From: Selaginella moellendorffii
Lineage: Eukaryota > Plantae > Lycopodiophyta
Direction: 5' to 3'
Length of the DNA: 64,000 nucleotides
Assembly: GCF_000143415.4 (NCBI RefSeq)
Contig: NW_003314262.1
Location: 5,287,876-5,351,875 of the forward strand
Shown here: positions 49,119 to 59,963 of the stretch, piece by piece
How positions within the stretch are numbered: position 1 is the stretch's first letter
Layout: the number at the start of each line of letters is the position of its first letter
Translations under genes and position numbers: made by a program
Notes under the pieces: model-generated
What the model was told of the DNA's origin: nothing
What the model saw: the letters and a program-made list of their open reading frames with translations, nothing else
Databases searched by the model: none

Positions 49119-49192
49119 TTAGAATCATAAGAATTAAACTTTTTGCAAAATTGTGTTAGAATCATAAGAATTAAACTTTTTGCAAAATTGTG
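49119..49192. repeat. 37 bp perfect tandem duplication
   Basis: ttagaatcataagaattaaactttttgcaaaattgtg occurs twice. Confidence 0.95.
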
Positions 49193-49277
49193 ACAAAAAG
49201 GTAACATTACAACTACTGGGCGCTCCTTCTTGGGCCACGGGCCGCCACTGGTTGGTTGACCACATTTCCAATCACAG

Positions 49278-49378
49278 CATTTTAAAAAGTATTAGAAATC
49301 TCAACGCCACGCTATCTCAAAAATTTTGGTTGGTTGCTTGGTTTTGGTGCTTTGCCGCGTCATCAACCGTACAGGAAT
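49278..49378 (+). repeat. About 100 bp direct repeat, copy 1 (copy 2 at 51798-51890)
   Basis: cattttaaaaagtattagaaatctcaacgccacgctatctcaaaa...gctttgccgcgtcatcaaccgtacaggaat. Confidence 0.9.
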
Positions 49379-49550
49379 CCATTCTACCGTAATTCCGTGC
49401 AATAGTCTTGCCGCCGTACAGATCCCCTGTTCTTGGAAATCGCGGTAGGCAGTCGCGATCTTGCTCGCGCTGGAGCGCCAACGAATGGATAATCGACTGC
49501 CCAGCGACGAGGTAATTAGGTCATTTTCCATCGGCGGGACGAGGAGGACA

Positions 49551-49910
49551 ATGAAGAAAGATCACGAGAATGCGAAGCCCAGCTCAGCTCCATCCAGCAA
49601 GCGCCGGATTATGGGCGCTCGCGGCCCCGAGGAATTCCACTGCCTGGGCGCGCTGGACATCATCAAGGAATCAGTGGCAGCGCTGCGAGCAATCTCCTCG
49701 CTCTTCTTCTGGGTCGCGGCGCTCCTCGCCACGCCATTCTCCATCGTCGTGCTCTCCCAGGCCTGGATCACGTCCCCGGTGGTGGAGAACTGGGCCGCGC
49801 GGATCGAGGCCAGCGCTCTCGCCACCCGCGGCGGCGTCTGGTTCCTCCCATCCTACCGTGCCGCCTGCTTCAAGCTCGTCGACAACCTCGTCTCCCACGC
49901 CTTCCAGCTC
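49551..49910 (+). pseudogene. 5' fragment of a plant multi-pass membrane protein gene
   Basis: FHCLGALDIIKESVAALR..FFWVAALLATPFSIVVLS...SY...C.KL resembles the N-terminus of a conserved uncharacterised plant transmembrane family. The frame then runs into unrelated sequence. Confidence 0.55.
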
Positions 49911-50598
49911 CAGTATTCTGAAGCTCAGGTATCCAATCGCAGCACTCGTGATTTGACCAAGAAAACCAGTGATCGTTACCCCAAAAGTTATTGAATCTCC
50001 TCGTCATCAGCTTGGAATTTACCAGACAATAGTTCCACTGCAAAGCAGCTTGGACTGGAGAACACCCTCAACATCTCGCTGGCCTCAATGGCCCAGCTCC
50101 AAAACGCGAAAGAGGTTGTTCTTCAAGCGGCTAATCACCACCCTTTCAGTGAAGCCCCAAACTCCGACCTGGGCCGATAGACGGGCACCAAGTTCCTCTC
50201 CTTGCCCCTCGCCGCTCACAGGCAATTGTCATCGATGAGGATCGTCCTCTCCATATCGCTATCCTCGCAACATTTTCACATTCCTTCTCTCTCGAGATGC
50301 TCCAGGGACTGCTGGAAATCCCAGTGAAGCCACAGTCTTGTAAACAAGGGGATTGTTTCGCTCCGCTGCTATTCTCACGCCCGGATCTCGTTGAGAGCGC
50401 ATACAAACTCCGGGCCCCTGTATGCTAGAGCCAAATTGCCACCCGCGGCGGCAAAGAAGCGCGATCCTTGCCCTAGCGCGCATCCGCGGCGGCGGCACGC
50501 ATCCAAGGCGCCGGCCAGCGACCGGATCGTAGCTCCGGGGATGGATTCCGGGCTGCTGGCTATGCGGCGGCTGTGCCGGCTTGGCGACACTGAGATCA

Positions 50599-50956
50599 AT
50601 GGTGCGGAGCCACGGCTGGCACCTGCCTGCGCACGGGTTTCAGGTAAATACGGCGCCGTGGAATTCGACCAAGTGAGCGAGCTCTTTTTGCAGGTTGTGG
50701 CGATCACTGTGTTCTTCCTCCTCGTAGTCGCGTACTTCGTGTTTTTCGCGCCTTTCATTGGGCCCAATCCGTGGCAGTATATCGTAATTGGGTGTTACTC
50801 GATGAGTCTTGGTGAGTCTTTCTTCGCAATTTCTCACTCTTGGAATTTGTTAAGCGCTCAATTTCGTTAACTTTGCAGGCACTTGTGGTGTTCGTTCTTT
50901 ACGTCAGATGCACAGGAATCAATCCTGCGGACTCAAAGCTACCTCTTTGCAGCTAG
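50599..50956 (+). pseudogene. 5' fragment (3 exons) of a DHHC protein S-acyltransferase gene
   Basis: [15 protein letters not shown]|[23 protein letters not shown]...|ALVVFVLYVRCTGINPAD. Introns are retained, exon 2/3 phases mismatch, and the fragment ends before the DHHC domain. Confidence 0.85.
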
Positions 50957-50990
50957 CAAGTACCTGAGCTAAACTTCTTTGCAAAAACAG

Positions 50991-51452
50991 ATCGTGGATT
51001 TGGCAACCTTGACAGATCGCGTTGGGCAACGAGATTGGAGGTATCGTCCTCTCTTAGAATTGTTTTTCTAACTCCATGGCAAAACAGGCATGTTTACTCC
51101 CAGCGACGAACTCGCGGAGGAACTGTCCCAAGCGTCAAGCGCCGCCGGAGAGAAGCTATGGCGGATAGATGATGAAGTCGGGAATCGCGGACATGGTGAA
51201 CACGGGTGGACGTCCTGGCGGATCCATAACGGCGTCGCTCTTCTTGAAACAGGTACCCCTTTCGTTTTGTTCTTGTGGAAGAACTTCTAATCTCTTCCAT
51301 TCTTGATGGATGGACAGTTTGTCGATGAGAAAATTCCTTGGGCTCATCTCGACATCGCTGGACCCGTGTGGAACGAGAAGAAGAAAATGGCGACTGGATT
51401 CGCTGTGGGGACCTTGGTGGAATGGGTTTCGAAGCACGCATCCTCCTCATAA
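50991..51452 (+). pseudogene. 3' fragment (3 exons) of an M17 leucine aminopeptidase gene
   Basis: IVDLATLT..IALGNEIG|[43 protein letters not shown]|[31 protein letters not shown], with two frameshifting deletions. Confidence 0.9.
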
Positions 51453-51797
51453 AGTAAAAAAAAAGAGGTTGGTTTTTCCCACAGCAGGATTGTTTCTTGA
51501 GGCTCATTTTTGCTCGGTCGTTAAACAATTTACATTTATTATAACAACGAAATATCTTACTCCTAATTTGAAATTAGCATATCCCTTGATCCATGGGCGA
51601 ATCTTAACCTCCGCGCAATGCAGGCAAGGGCATATGCGCGCAATAAGCACAGCAACGCACAAATGCCCCACACCCGCGGTAAATATTTGCTTTCCATCTA
51701 CTGTGGTAATGGTAATGCAAGCCAGGGTAGGTGAAAAAATTAAAAATCACCGCACGGATCTGGGCCGTGGGATGAGCTCGAACGGCCCTTCTTACAA

Positions 51798-51890
51798 CAT
51801 TTTAAAAAGTATTAGAAATCTCAACGCCACGCTATCTCAAAATTTTTTATTGGTTTTGGCGCTTTGCCGCGTCATCAACCGTACAGGAAT
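51798..51890 (+). repeat. About 100 bp direct repeat, copy 2
   Basis: Near-identical to 49278-49378 apart from a short internal indel. Confidence 0.9.
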
Positions 51891-52085
51891 ACTCTAAACT
51901 CGTGCGCCACGTGGCGGATACGGGAATGTTATAATCCATCCCTTTTCACATTACATATCTTGATCGCGTTTCATATTTGGTCGTGATATATACGCTGTGC
52001 GGTTTGTTCTAGGGCGCGAACGAGAAAACGACTGTTAAGCGTGGGAGAGCAAGGAGAAGCGCGAGAAGGCTCGATGCTGTGTGAG

Positions 52086-52150
52086 TGCCCTCTTTCTTTC
52101 CTCCCCGATTGCCCTCTTTCTTTCCTCCCCGATTGCCCTCTTTTTCTCCC
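52086..52150. repeat. 24 bp pyrimidine-rich tandem repeat (about 2.7 units) just upstream of the nuclease-like gene
   Basis: tgccctctttctttcctccccgat at 52086 and 52110, partial at 52134. Confidence 0.9.
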
Positions 52151-52153
52151 CTC

Positions 52154-53213
52154 ATGGCTGCGATTTTTTGTTGTGAAGCAGGAAATGAGAGCGTCGTCGT
52201 TACTCCACGTCGAGTCAGGATCGACGAGCGCGCGACAAGAGCTGTCGAGCAGAAGCTCGTTCGGCTTGCCTTGCTCACAGGCGAGGAGGAAAATCAAGAG
52301 CTCTACAGCCCAAGCGACTTGATCATCGGAACAGCTCCCAACGCTGAAGCTTTCTCCAGGTGAGCAACCAAGAATGCTTCTAACCGTCAATGCTTCTACC
52401 GTCGATGCTTTCAGGTGGGCATCGGGAAACAGGAAGTTCCTCTGTGACTTCATCGGAGGAAAGATCATCGCAAGGGAACTCCCGCATAACCCCCATGGGC
52501 AAGCTCAGTTGAAGGTGGGAGTTGCTTTTGATGCACAAGCAAGTGGATTGCTCGTGGTGGCGACGGCTGTTACTTATAAACCGGATATCGGGGGGGATCT
52601 TTACGAGCCGGACGTAACAGTGCAAGTTCGTGGTCAAAGCTCTATTCTACCTCCCGGTGTCGCGGCTTTGAGGACATATGGGGCTATCGTCATCGAGATC
52701 GCAACATCCCAGACACCCAAGAATCTTCACGAGCGAGCTGCGATCTTCCTTGGACCAGACTATCCTCGCTGCGAGCTCTATATCGGTCTCAAAAGGTTCA
52801 ACGAGAGAGCTAATGGAACTATCGCTATGTTGGCTTCGGTCTATGAAAGGCCAGGAGCTGGCGGAGGGGCGGCAGGAGCTGGGGGAGGGGCGGCCGGAGC
52901 TGGAGCTGGAGCAGGGGGCGGGGGACCAATGCCCATCCGGCTTGTCTCATTTGGGACTTGCCCTTTGGGCCCAAATGCAACCTGGAGAAATTCTCCGATT
53001 CTCACAGGGGTTGGACATGGTGGGATTGCTTTAAATGGTCCTGGAGTGAGGCCTTATATCCTGCGGTTTCCGGCGGTGCAAATTTTTACGACATTTGTTC
53101 CTCCTGGAGGTGGAGCAGTGGGCGTTCCACCAGCTGGTGCACCTGTGAACTATGAGTTGGATCTTTATTATATCCAACAGGCTTTTTCATGCCCTTTTGA
53201 ACCCACGTATTGA
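52154..53213 (+). CDS. Putative Uma2/PD-(D/E)xK restriction-endonuclease-fold protein, 334 aa, 2 exons (52154-52359, 52415-53213)
   Basis: The intron 52360-52414 (AG|GTGAGC...TTTCAG|G) joins two ORFs in frame. Motifs: ELPHNPH, YEPDVTV, IVIEIATSQ, LHERAAIFL, LYIGLK. There is a Gly/Ala linker. The family was assigned by motif recognition only. Confidence 0.65.
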
Positions 53214-53333
53214 AATCTATGCAATCTACTTGTATTTCCTTTTTATAAGTAATATAAAAAGAGTTTTACCTTAGCATGTGTCTCATATTAAATGCTGATG
53301 ATTTGGATCTTTATTTGTTCTCTCTTGGATGTA

Positions 53334-53582
53334 CGACTCGCTGGAGCTGGTGATTGTCAAGGGACGTTTGAGAGGCTGATGGAGGAAGCTGTGAGGAATG
53401 GAACATCGCCAGCGCAGTACAAAACTCCAAGGTGTGTGACCTCTCCAAGAATGCTGGAAGTTCTAGCGTCCAGAGCTACCAGAGTGGGGAGATTGTGTTC
53501 GAGAGCTGGGAGCCAAGCTTTCCACAAGGCAGTGCATCGACATGACCATGAGATTCCTAGAATATACCTGGAAAAGCATCCA
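53334..53582 (+). pseudogene. GH3 pseudogene, 3' half (continuation of 47140-47699)
   Basis: DSLELVIV..GTFERLMEEAVRNGTSPAQYKTPRCVTSPRMLEVL with small deletions, plus 3' flank matching 43320-43363. Confidence 0.9.
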
Positions 53583-53706
53583 CACGGATTATATTATGTT
53601 TGTACAGAAGTCCATTGCCCCTTGAACTTCTTGATGTTAACAAGCTGGCGCACCAGTTCTTTGACGTAGCGCTTTAAATTGTTCTCTTCTTATCATAAAG
53701 TTTCAA

Positions 53707-55577
53707 ATGGCGAGCATTGCCGAGTTTGAGCAAGCTTGTGAGAATGGAGCTTCGATCCAGGAGGAGTTGCTGGGCGGCATTCTCCGCAAGACCCATTATC
53801 TCCAGAAGTTTGGGAGCCCCCAAAGTCTGGCTGCTTATAAGTCCCAGGTTCCAATCGTATCCTACGAGGATGTTGCCGGAGTGATTGAAAAGATTGCTTG
53901 CGGGGAAGAGGGCCCAATTCTTTGTCACGACCAAGTTCTTTGCTTCTTCGCGAGGTAAGAATTTCTCCCATTCTTTATTTGTGTGAGAATCTTCTACTTC
54001 CAACATCGTCTGGGAAGGGTAAGATTATTCCAGTCACTGCTGAGAATATCTCCGCCTTAATGAGGGCAGCGGAAATTTCCAATGCTTACATAGCAAGGTA
54101 GTTTGCTAACCTATCGATTGTTCGATGTGGGTTCAATGTGGAGATCTTTCAGATTTCCCGGAGCTTGGAAGTGGAAGAGTGCTCGGTTTATACTACTGCG
54201 GTCATCAATCTCATACCAAGGCGGGTATCTGGGTGGGAGCTCTCACCACTTACTTGATCAAGACCTACAGAGGACCGTTTAACAAGTTCACCACTCCGTA
54301 CGAAATGATCATCTCGGGATCAAACTGGCGAGAGCTGACGTACTGCCACTTGCTGTGTGCTTTGATCCAGCGAGACGCGGTGGAACAGATCGATGCGAGT
54401 TTTGCCTACATCATCTCCGAAGCTCTGAAGATCCTCCAGAGTGATTGGCAGGATATTTGCAAAGACATAAGAACTGGCAGCTTGAGCAGCGGTAAAGTCA
54501 CACACCCAAAGCTCCAGGAAGCTTTCGCGACTTTTTTGGTTAACAAAGAGAATATTGCCGGAACCGCCGACGCCATCGCCAAGATTTGCAGCAGAGAATC
54601 GTGGTCTGGAATTCTTTCCTTGCTCTTCCCGGGAGCAAAGCTGGTGTCCGCAGTGGTGACGGGGGCGATGGCACACTTTGTTCCTGAGTTAAGAGATTAC
54701 GCAGGTGGCAAGCTTCCAATCTCCGGAAAAGATTACTACTCGTCTGAGGGAGTTCTTGGGATCAACACAAACCCGGCTTCTCCTCTTGAGGACGTCGTCT
54801 TCACAATTTTACCACACATAATGTACTACGAGTTTCTTCCGCTCGGTGCTAATAATCCAGCTGGTGAAATCCTGGCTCCACACGAGGTTGTCGTTGGGCA
54901 AGAGTACGAGATCGTCATCACGAACTTCGCAGGTTTGCCATCTTCTATCTTTTCTTGCAAATTTCTCATCCGAGGTGTTCTCTTTTCTTTAAGGATTATA
55001 TCGATACCGAGTCGGGGACGTGGTGAAAGTATCGAGTTTTTTCCATGGAGTTCCTCAGCTGGCTTTCAGCCACCGCAAGAACGCGGTTCTGAGCGTCCAA
55101 AACGAGATGGTCGACGAGCAAGAGCTCCAAAATGTGGTGATGGAAGTATCAAAAGATGCAGGGATCCAGGTCGCGAACTTCATAGCCTACGGCAATTCCA
55201 CCGCCGTTCGTGCGCATTACGTGATCTTCTGGGAGCTCAAACGCAGAGAAGGGATCAACAGAGAGCTCTTGGAGAGATGCTGCTCGAGTATAGACAGGTC
55301 TTTCAATCCGGGATACACTGGAAAGAGGCTGGATGGAGTGATCGACTCGCTGGAGCTGGTGATTGTCAAGGAAGGGACGTTTGAGAGGCTGATGGAGGAA
55401 GCTGTGAGGAATGGAACATCGCCAGCGCAGTATAAAACTCCAAGGTGTGTGACCTCTCCAAGAATGCTGGAAATTCTAGAGTCTAGACGCGCCGAGAGCT
55501 ACAAGAGTGGCGAGATGCCCAGCTCTGTGTTAGAGAGCTGGGAGCCAAGCTTTCCACAAGGCAGGCAAAAAAATTAA
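53707..55577 (+). pseudogene. GH3: Near full-length GH3 paralog, probably inactivated
   Basis: Highly similar to 41405-43341. It lacks gctccggc at the intron 1 acceptor (loses the AG and the SSG of motif I) and 2 nt at the start of exon 3. Confidence 0.75.
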
Positions 55578-55713
55578 GTCATTGGAAGTCAAACAAGGTT
55601 GAATCATTTAAAGACTTGACTTAAAGTTACTGACACGTGTTTATTTTATTTACCTTTTACATCAAAATAAAGAATCTTTTACAAAGTTTGACACCAAGGT
55701 TTAGGGCTAGAGA

Positions 55714-55998
55714 ATGGGCGCTGTGACCACGGCCGTGATCGCGATCGCGGGGATTCTACTCGGATGGGCAGCGATCGAAATGGCTTGCAAGCCGTGCTTG
55801 GAGAGAGGAAGATCTTCGCTGGCGAAATCGCTCAATCCGGACTACGATCCAGACGACGAACTGGATGCCCAGCGCCCGGCGGTGACAAAGAAAGACGAAG
55901 AGGAGGAGGAGGGCGATGGCGATCGTGGCATTGAGGAGCTCGAGGCCGGGGGTAGCGCCAGCATTGACGACGAGAAGAAGCCACTCACAAAGAAATAA
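55714..55998 (+). CDS. OEP7-like small outer-envelope membrane protein
   Basis: N-terminal TM (AVIAIAGILLGW..IE.ACKPCLE.GR), LNPDYDPDD and an acidic tail; telobox-like sequence upstream. Confidence 0.75.
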   Translation: MGAVTTAVIAIAGILLGWAAIEMACKPCLERGRSSLAKSLNPDYDPDDELDAQRPAVTKKDEEEEEGDGDRGIEELEAGGSASIDDEKKPLTKK

Positions 55999-56201
55999 AA
56001 GCTCTCGATGCTCGCCCTCTTTGTAAGTAAACGAAGTTCTCCTGCGAAGAACACATCCAATCTATTGTATTGTCTCTACAATCTGGGCATTCTTCCCTCT
56101 CCTTGGGCGTCCAGACTCTTAGATCTTCCAACAAGAGAGATCACACACCTCGGATCTCTCCATTTCTTCTCAAACCAGCCATAAACCCTAAACCTAGAGT
56201 G

Positions 56202-57568
56202 ATGCTTTCTTCCTCCGCGAATGCGGTGCTTCCCAGCGCTCGGCCGGGCCGCTCACACCAGCTGCCAAGATTTCGCGCTTCCAGGGCAGCGATTTGCTGT
56301 AGGAATCACGGCAGCGGCAGCGCGAAGCTGGAGAGATCGACCGATCGATTGAGCAGGGATGCAGGGATTTTGCTCGGCACTGCGGCGTTTTGCCTGGTCT
56401 CGGGATTCAGCGTCAGCGATTTCGCTCGAGCCGAGGCCGTCCCGCCTGTCGACGATGTGGCTGCGTTGCCGGCGTCCGCGATTCCAGATCTCGCCAAGAA
56501 GAAGAGGGCGGTAGCCGAGAAGCCAGGGAAGAGCTCAAAGGTTCCGTCCAGGGTTCTTCGCGCAAAGGCCAATGAGAGGACGCTCAAGGCGGTGCTAAAG
56601 ACGATCGAGGAGGAGCCGGGCAACTTGGTGGCTTACAAGGCTTTGCTCTCGCTCAGGATGGAGAATGGAGAGGTGAGGGAGGCGATTGAGGTTCTGGGAA
56701 GGATGATCGAGTTGGAGCCAGAGCATCTCGAGTATAGATTCATGAGAGCCAGAGCTTACGGGCTTGTTGGGGATGTGAGACATTCCAGGGAGGAGTTCCG
56801 GGAGCTTGTGGAGATCCAACCTTTCTCTGCGAAGGCTTTGCAAGTCAGTGAGTGATCGATAGTTTTCTTTCGAGTTCTTAGAAGCACCATTGTGTTTTTT
56901 GCTCCAGGGACTGGCTTTAGCTATGGAGAAAGATGGAGAAGACGACTCCCAGGTTCTAGAGATGATCCATGCCGCCATAAAAAATGCGATTGATCAGCAG
57001 CAAAGCTTTGCAGCTCGCAACTTCAAGATGCTTCTCGGCCAGATTCTTACGTCTCAGGTACTAGAACAAGCTTTCTTCGTCCCTGTCTAGCTTCGTGAGA
57101 TTTTTCTTTCCTTGTTTTAAGCTCCAGTGGTGGATGTCTTCCAGGAGAAGCTGACACAGGCTCTCGAGCAGTACGAGGAACTGACCAAGGAAGATCCATC
57201 CGACTTTCGTCCATATCTCTGCCAGGTGAGTGACGAAGAACTTCACGAGAACTTCCAAGTTCTTCGATTAGCTCTCAAAGTTTCTGTGACTTATCCAACG
57301 ATTTCTCCAGGGACTGCTCTATGATTCTCTCGGCGAGAAAGAGAAGGCCAAGGAATGCTACAAACGATTCAAGGAGCTCTGCCCTGAGAGCTTTCCACAG
57401 CGCAAGTACCTCGACGATCTCCTGGTGAGAGGGAGCTATGGCGCTCGCGTGAGAGAAGAAGAGAAGGAAGGAAAGCTCGCCTCGATGCAACAGCCAAAAC
57501 TAACGATGCAAGACATGGCACAAGCAAGCAAGGGGAAAGAAAATAAGAGCGAATATGCTTCGAAGTGA
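56202..57568 (+). CDS. Plastid TPR protein, SLOW GREEN 1-like, 4 exons
   Basis: Transit peptide and TPR helices; YEELTKEDPSDFRPYLCQ|GLLY..LGEKEKA..Y.RFKELCP..FP...YLDD. Confidence 0.8.
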
Positions 57569-57639
57569 GAAAGAATCTAGGTCGAAAACTAGAGACGGCG
57601 ACGCTGCGAGCGGGATTCCTTGGTCTGTGGGGCGGATTG

Positions 57640-58493
57640 ATGGCGCCGGACGTCATGGATGATCTCCAGGAGCTCAAGGCGCTGCTGGATCAAGCCAAGC
57701 GGCCGCGAGTGAAATCGCTGCTCTCCGCCGAGATCGAGAGACTGCAAAAGGTTCTTGCTCTCTTTCTTGATCGCTGTAGCGGATTCTAGACTCCTGGAGG
57801 CTAATCCTGCAGGGATTGATCGAAAACGAGGCGAAGCCGGCGGCGCCGCTGGAGAAAATTCCAGTTGCTGCTCCAGAGCCGCGCTACACCACTGTGGATT
57901 CGTTTAGCTGGGATCAAGATGATAAGAGCGTGAAGGTAGTTCCCATTTTTTTTCTTTTCTCTTTTGTCTCGTTTAGCGACTCGCTTGCTTTCTTGTCGTT
58001 TGAAGATCTACATTGGAATCGAGGGTGCCTCCGCTGACAAAGTATCTTCGAAGTTCCAGGACGAGTCTTTCGAGATCAAGATCGAGGATTTGGGAGGGAA
58101 GAACTACCGCTGTGGTGTTCCAAGGCTCCACAAGCCTATAGATCCAGCGGCAAGTAATGTGATTGTCAAGCCCAAGCGCCTTGTGGTGGTTTTGAAGAAG
58201 ATGGCCACGGCAAGATGGACCGATCTACACTACAAGGAAGACAAGGTCTGTTCTTCGCGCTTTTTTCTCTTGTCTGAGACGATCGATTGTGGATGCACAG
58301 TTTAAGCCGGATGAAGGGAAGAATCCGATGGCTGGCATCATGGACCTGATGAAGGTAACTTCCATGGCTGCATGGTTTTGGATCGATCTTGACCTTGTTG
58401 TTGCAGAATATGTACGACGAGGGCGACGATAACATGAAGAAAACGATTGCTCAGGCGTGGACCGACGCAAGAGCCAAGCAGGGAGGACTGTGA
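57640..58493 (+). CDS. Calcyclin-binding protein / Siah-interacting protein (CS + SGS domains), 5 exons
   Basis: DLQELKALLDQAKRPRVKSLL, FSWDQD..VK|IYI, and NPMAGIMDLMK|NMYDEGDDNMKKTIAQAW. Confidence 0.92.
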
Positions 58494-58745
58494 ATCCTTT
58501 TGTTTTAGTTTGTTCTGCTTAGATTGGATGATTTCCTCGCTGCGAAATTAATCTATCATGTTGTTACTGACGTGGATTGTACTTTGCTCAGCGTTCATCC
58601 CTCTGCTAACGTTTCTTTACTATTGATCCGGTGCTTATGATTGAACACTTTATACAGGAGCTCTTGGTTTTAGTTTTTGGTTTGTCTAAGATTTTGCTTT
58701 ACAATAGAGGTGTACAAAGTTTGTGCAGCCTTGTGAAGATCATTG

Positions 58746-58811
58746 ATAGGGCTCATTTGGTCAGAGCGTGTGACTGAAAATCAGAAGGTAGTTCAATCCC
58801 ACTCTCTGGCA
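58746..58811 (+). pseudogene. Degenerate tRNA-like sequence with GAA (Phe) anticodon
   Basis: GCTCATTTGGTCAGAGCG-TGTGA-CTGAAAA-TCAGA-AGGT..GTTCAATCCC..TGGCA. The acceptor stem and 5' T-stem are broken. Confidence 0.5.
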
Positions 58812-59963
58812 TTATATCTTATCTTTTAGTTTCTGGACTTTGAACGTGGTATGCTATTATGGCGTGAAATTTGTGACACCCGACTGTAGGTGATGACATA
58901 TTCTGTAAAATTCTTACAGCCCTTAAAATATTCTTTGCCTTATATCACTATGCACCAGTCCATGAAGTGCTATTGTAGTTTTAGACTCAGTCTAATTTGA
59001 TGAACTTTTTATAGTGTTAGTTGTGGTTTCGAGGATCTTTAAGATTATATCACAAAATTTATTTCTTTTGTTAACATTTGAGTTGAGTGATCCAAATTCA
59101 AAAATTTACATTTAGTATAAAAAAAGAATGCACTTTTCTTTCCAAACAATTAAGAGTTTTAGGGTGTCAAGAGAGCAAAGCTCTTAGAAGAATTATGGTT
59201 GTCAGCTTTTGTTTACAAAGGTATGAATTTGCAAAGAAACATGGTGGATTGTAATTAATTATTTAGAAGGGTGTGAACTTAGTGGATTGCAAGTAATTAA
59301 AAAGAACGACTCAAAAGATGATATATAATAGTTTAAATATAGAGAGAAATGACACATAAATAATAGTGCACTATTTTTTTCAATCGGTTAAAGGTCTTGA
59401 AATACTTAGGGTTAAATATCCTTTGGTTTGAATAATATAGTGCTAGAATAAGTATCTAATAGCAATTGTAAACAAATTAACAAAAGCTTTGACTTTCATT
59501 TAGCAAGTTAAGTAGTCAATAGTCAAGAAGTCAAATACTCATTACCAGCAGTTAATCATAGAAAATGCCTTATTAGATCAAATGCCATTAACTCAAACGG
59601 ATGGAAAATTACAATTAACTCTAACTGTCCTTCTATAGCATAAGGGGGAATATTACAAACTTAGCACCAACGTACATAAAAACATTATGTTGTGTCTTTG
59701 GCTAATAGAAAGATATGTAAATTCCTAGTCACACAATGATGTCCTATATATCGTTTCTTAAAAATATAAATGCCAAAATGGTAAATCATTAGCAAGTGAT
59801 GCAAAATTCTGAAATCTATTGCAAAGCTTTCGGATCTATAGCTCAATATTGTGAGCCTCACGAACCTTATCAAGAGAGGTAAATTTTACTCTGCACCTTA
59901 TGAATATTCAACATTAAGTACAACAATTGTTGATGGCATAGAATCTTTGTCTAAAAAATCCAC

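Larger units (their letters stand above)
47700..53333. mobile_element. 5634 bp insertion splitting the GH3 pseudogene; unclassified gene-capturing element candidate
   Basis: Left flank ...ggatggagtgat and right flank cgactcgctggag... join to give the uninterrupted GH3 sequence seen at 55331-55355. Confidence 0.7.

Noticed and set aside
18153-55577. Auxin-metabolism gene cluster (IBR1 + second SDR + GH3 array)
   Set aside because: The genes are more than 20 kb apart and separated by unrelated housekeeping genes. The GH3 substrate is unknown and there is no co-regulation evidence in the sequence.
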